Source: Ranitomeya imitator
Lineage: Eukaryota
Reading direction: 5' to 3'
NCBI RefSeq assembly: GCF_032444005.1
Contig: NC_091291.1
Location: forward strand, 100,998,001-101,062,000
DNA: 64,000 nt
This document shows positions 60,941 to 64,000 of this stretch, one piece after another. The position numbers were made by a program, and so were the translations under genes. Position 1 is the first letter of the stretch. Every line of letters starts with the position of its first letter. The notes below the pieces were generated by a model that searched no databases, was not told the origin of the DNA, and saw only the letters and a program-made list of their open reading frames with translations.

Positions 60941-61483
60941 GGGGGAGATGGAGCTGACAGTCTCTACGTGTCTATGGGCAGCATTAGGGAAGAAATCAAT
61001 CTAATTATCAGGATCATTAATGCATGAAGCGTCTCATTATCTGCAGATAAGATCGCGCTGCACTTAATAGGATCAGTTGCCATTTTATAAATGGTTTTCC
61101 TACAGTGTAAATATATATAATGTTATCTCCTGCCCCACACTCCACATCATATCATCCTATGTGACACTGGGGATAATGAGGTGTCACCGAGATGTCAGCC
61201 CTCTCTTATCACACCACCACATCCTCTGTCCTCAGAGACCAGAGCCAGGACCCTCATCCCCAGCACATGAGATATCACATGGAAATCAATTAGAAATCCC
61301 TTAATAATTCCCTAACGAATAATAGTCAAAAAGTAAAAAATCAGTACAAAAATATTTTGCTAAATTACTATTTGCTTTAAATAAAAAAAATTGCTGTGTA
61401 TAATTAACAACAGTGGACGGAGGAGCAAGTCACAATTCAAGTTTTTTTAAATGTATTATATAAAGGATGTTTTTAAGTATTTA

Positions 61484-62477
61484 AGGTGTGTATCATGAGG
61501 TTCTGCAGCAGCTGAGGTGTGTATCATGAGGTTCTGCAGCAGCTGAGGCGTGTATCATAAGGTTCTGCAGCACCTCAGGTGTGTATCATGAGGTTCTGCA
61601 GCAGCTGAGGTGTGTATCATGAGGTTCTGCAGCAGCCGAGGTGTGTATCATGAGGTTCTGCAGCAGCTGAGGTGTGTATCATGAGGTTCTGCAGCAGCTG
61701 AGGTGTGTATTATGAGGTTTTGCAGCAGATGAGGAGTGTATTATGAGGTTCTGCACCAACCGAGGTCTGCATTATGATGTTCTGCAGCAGCTGAGGTGTG
61801 TATTATGACGTACTGCAACAGCTGAGGTGTGTATGATGATATACTTCAGCAATTGAGGTGTGTATAATGAGGTTCTGCAGCAGCTGAGGTGTGTATTATG
61901 ACGATCTGCAGCAGCTGAGGTGTATTATGAGATTCTGCAGCAGCTGAGGTGTATTATGAGGTTCTGCAGGAGCTGAGGTGTGTATTATAATGTTCTGACG
62001 CAGCTGAGGTGTATTATGAGGTTCTACAGCAGCTGAGGTGTGTATCATGAGGTTCTGCAGCAGCTGAGGTGTGTATTATGAGATTCTGCAGCAACTGAGG
62101 TGTGTATTATGATGTTCTGCAGCAGCTGAGGTGTGTATTATGATGTACTGCACCAACTGAGGTGTGTATGATGTAGCACTGCAGCAACTGAGGTGTGTAT
62201 TATGAGGTTCTGCAGGAGCTGAGGTGTATTATAATGTTCTGCAGCAGCTGAGGTGTGCATTATGAGGCTCTGCAGGAGCTGAGGTGTATAGGTGTATATT
62301 ATGAGGTTCTGCAGCAGCTGAGGAGTGTGTTATAAGGTTCTGCAGCAGCTGAGGTGTGTATCATGAGATTTTACAGCAGCTGAGGTATGTACTTTATTTA
62401 TGATGTTCTGCAGCAGCTGAGATGTGTTTTATGATATTCTGTAGCAGGTGAGATGTGTGTTAAGAGGTTCTGCAGCA
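61484..62477. repeat. 31-bp minisatellite (ggttctgcagcagctgaggtgtgtatcatga), about 32 units
   Basis: Period 31 (61501, 61532...); most units contain CAGCTG and AGGTGTGT. Confidence 0.95.
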
Positions 62478-62677
62478 TCTTATGCTTTTTTGCTACTTTA
62501 ATAGTATTACTACTAGAGGTAATAATTTTAGATGTGAGGGACAATTTGCTAATATTATAGATATATTATTATTATTTCTTTTGAATTTCTCAAATTTTCT
62601 GTTAATAAGAATTAGAACATTTGAACATCTTTCACAGATAAAAAAAAAGATCAATAGTGAAACCATCAGTGGTCGGT

Positions 62678-62881
62678 GCAATGTGTGATCGGTGCAGGTC
62701 CCATCTTGTGGCCGGGGGTTCCCACACTCACATCTCCCCCCAGCAGCCTCTATTATCTCCTGTATTGGAGCAGATGGACACACGTCCATTGTCCCCGCTG
62801 CGGTGGGATTGGAGGATGAGTGTGGGAACCTCTTGTAAGTCCGCTCTCCACACATCATTATGCAGGGAGAGGGGTATATAG
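62678..62881 (+). promoter_or_regulatory. hes5 copy 4 proximal promoter
   Basis: TTCCCACA 62719-62726; TGTGGGAA 62821-62828; TCTCCACAC 62845-62853; TATATAG 62875-62881. Confidence 0.82.
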
Positions 62882-62957
62882 AGGGGCGGCCGCTCACTAG
62901 TAGTCAGACAGCTCCTGCCCCACACAGCACAAGGCTACAGACTGCCGGACCTGCACC

Positions 62958-63688
62958 ATGGCCCCATGTAATATGAGGACCCCGGACCATCAGGCTGACA
63001 GCGGCCTCAGAAAGGTAAGAGCCCCCGACTAGTGACAGCGTCACCCCCATATCTCTACATGTAGACACTTATAGGAACAGGAGTCTGATGTTTACAAGTG
63101 ATCTTAGTTGTCCTCCATAGACATGGACACTGGCGCAGGGGAATAATGAGAGATTCTTCTTCTTTTCTACAGCTGAGGAAGCCGGTGATTGAGAAGATGA
63201 GGAGAGATCGGATTAACAGCAGCATTGAGCAGCTCCGCGTCTTACTGGAGAAGGAGTTTCAGAGACATCAGCTCCCCTCCAAACCGGAGAAAGCCGATAT
63301 CCTGGAGATGACGGTCACCTTCCTGCAGCGGCACATGGCGGAGAGAGGTGAGTGTCGTGTCCGCGCTCCTCACACCCCTCATGTGTTTGTTACTGAGAGC
63401 AGAGCAGCCGGCAATGGACGCTGTCACTGACATGTTGTCTTTCCTGTTCTAGATGTCACAGCCTCCAGCCAGACCCGGAGAGAAGGCTACTCCACCTGCG
63501 TCCAGGACGCCGTCACCTTCCTGACCCAGCACAAACAGGAGGAGCTCCAGATCCAGCTGCTGCAGAACCTCCCTGGGGCTCACACTGTGGTGTACAGGGC
63601 CGTATCTCCTCCTGTATCTCCTGTCTACCAGACCCCCAACAAATACAGCCCCCCAGACAGCAGCAAAACCTTGTGGAGACCCTGGTAG
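62958..63688 (+). CDS. hes5: hes5-like, copy 4 (exons 62958-63014, 63173-63347, 63453-63688; 155 aa)
   Basis: Intact splice sites and frame; ends KYSPPDSSKTLWRPW-TAG. Confidence 0.95.
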
Positions 63689-63715
63689 TGACTGTATCCA
63701 TTATGTGAGTGTGGA

Positions 63716-64000
63716 CTGGGAGCTGTGCACCCCCATTATTCCTGAGAACTGGTAGCTGTGTACCCCTAGTATACCTGAGAGCTGTGTACCCCCATTATAC
63801 CTGAGAGCTGAGTACCCCCAGAATTCCTGAGAGCTGTGTATCCCCATTATACCTGAGAGCTGTGTACTTCCAGTATACCCAAGAGCTGTGTACTCCCATT
63901 ATACCTGAGAGCTGTGTACCCCCATTATACCTGAGAGCTGTGTACCCCCATTATACCTGAGAGCTGTGTACCCTCAGTATACCTGAGAGCTGGGAGCTGT
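63716..64000. repeat. 26-bp minisatellite after the copy 4 stop (runs off the window)
   Basis: Same unit as 49401-50021. Confidence 0.95.

Overview
Vertebrate genomic DNA, most likely a frog (inferred from the gene family and repeat content), with three N-gaps. The window holds a head-to-tail + strand cluster of four intact three-exon hes5-like bHLH-Orange-WRPW genes (ATG at 15615, 42713, 48643, 62958). A fifth, diverged hes5-type promoter (34040-34189) runs into a 650-N gap. The four genes are near-identical over about 1 kb but sit in unrelated flanks and show mosaic variant sharing, which suggests interlocus gene conversion; copy 1 has a different C-terminus. Each promoter has an RBPJ site, a degenerate inverted partner 16 bp away, and a TATA box. 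A duplicated T-box/TCF/RBPJ-rich non-coding module lies upstream of copy 1. Intergenic DNA is dense in transposons and tandem repeats: an intact Tc1 (DD34E), Tc1 relics, hAT, piggyBac-like and TTAA-type MITEs, a Helitron, L2/CR1/SINE pieces, and Penelope-like inverted repeats with hammerhead ribozyme cores. A pol-less LTR element has a tRNA-Ser-type PBS and a disrupted ORF containing a cold-shock-domain-like segment. All alignments and counts were done by eye.
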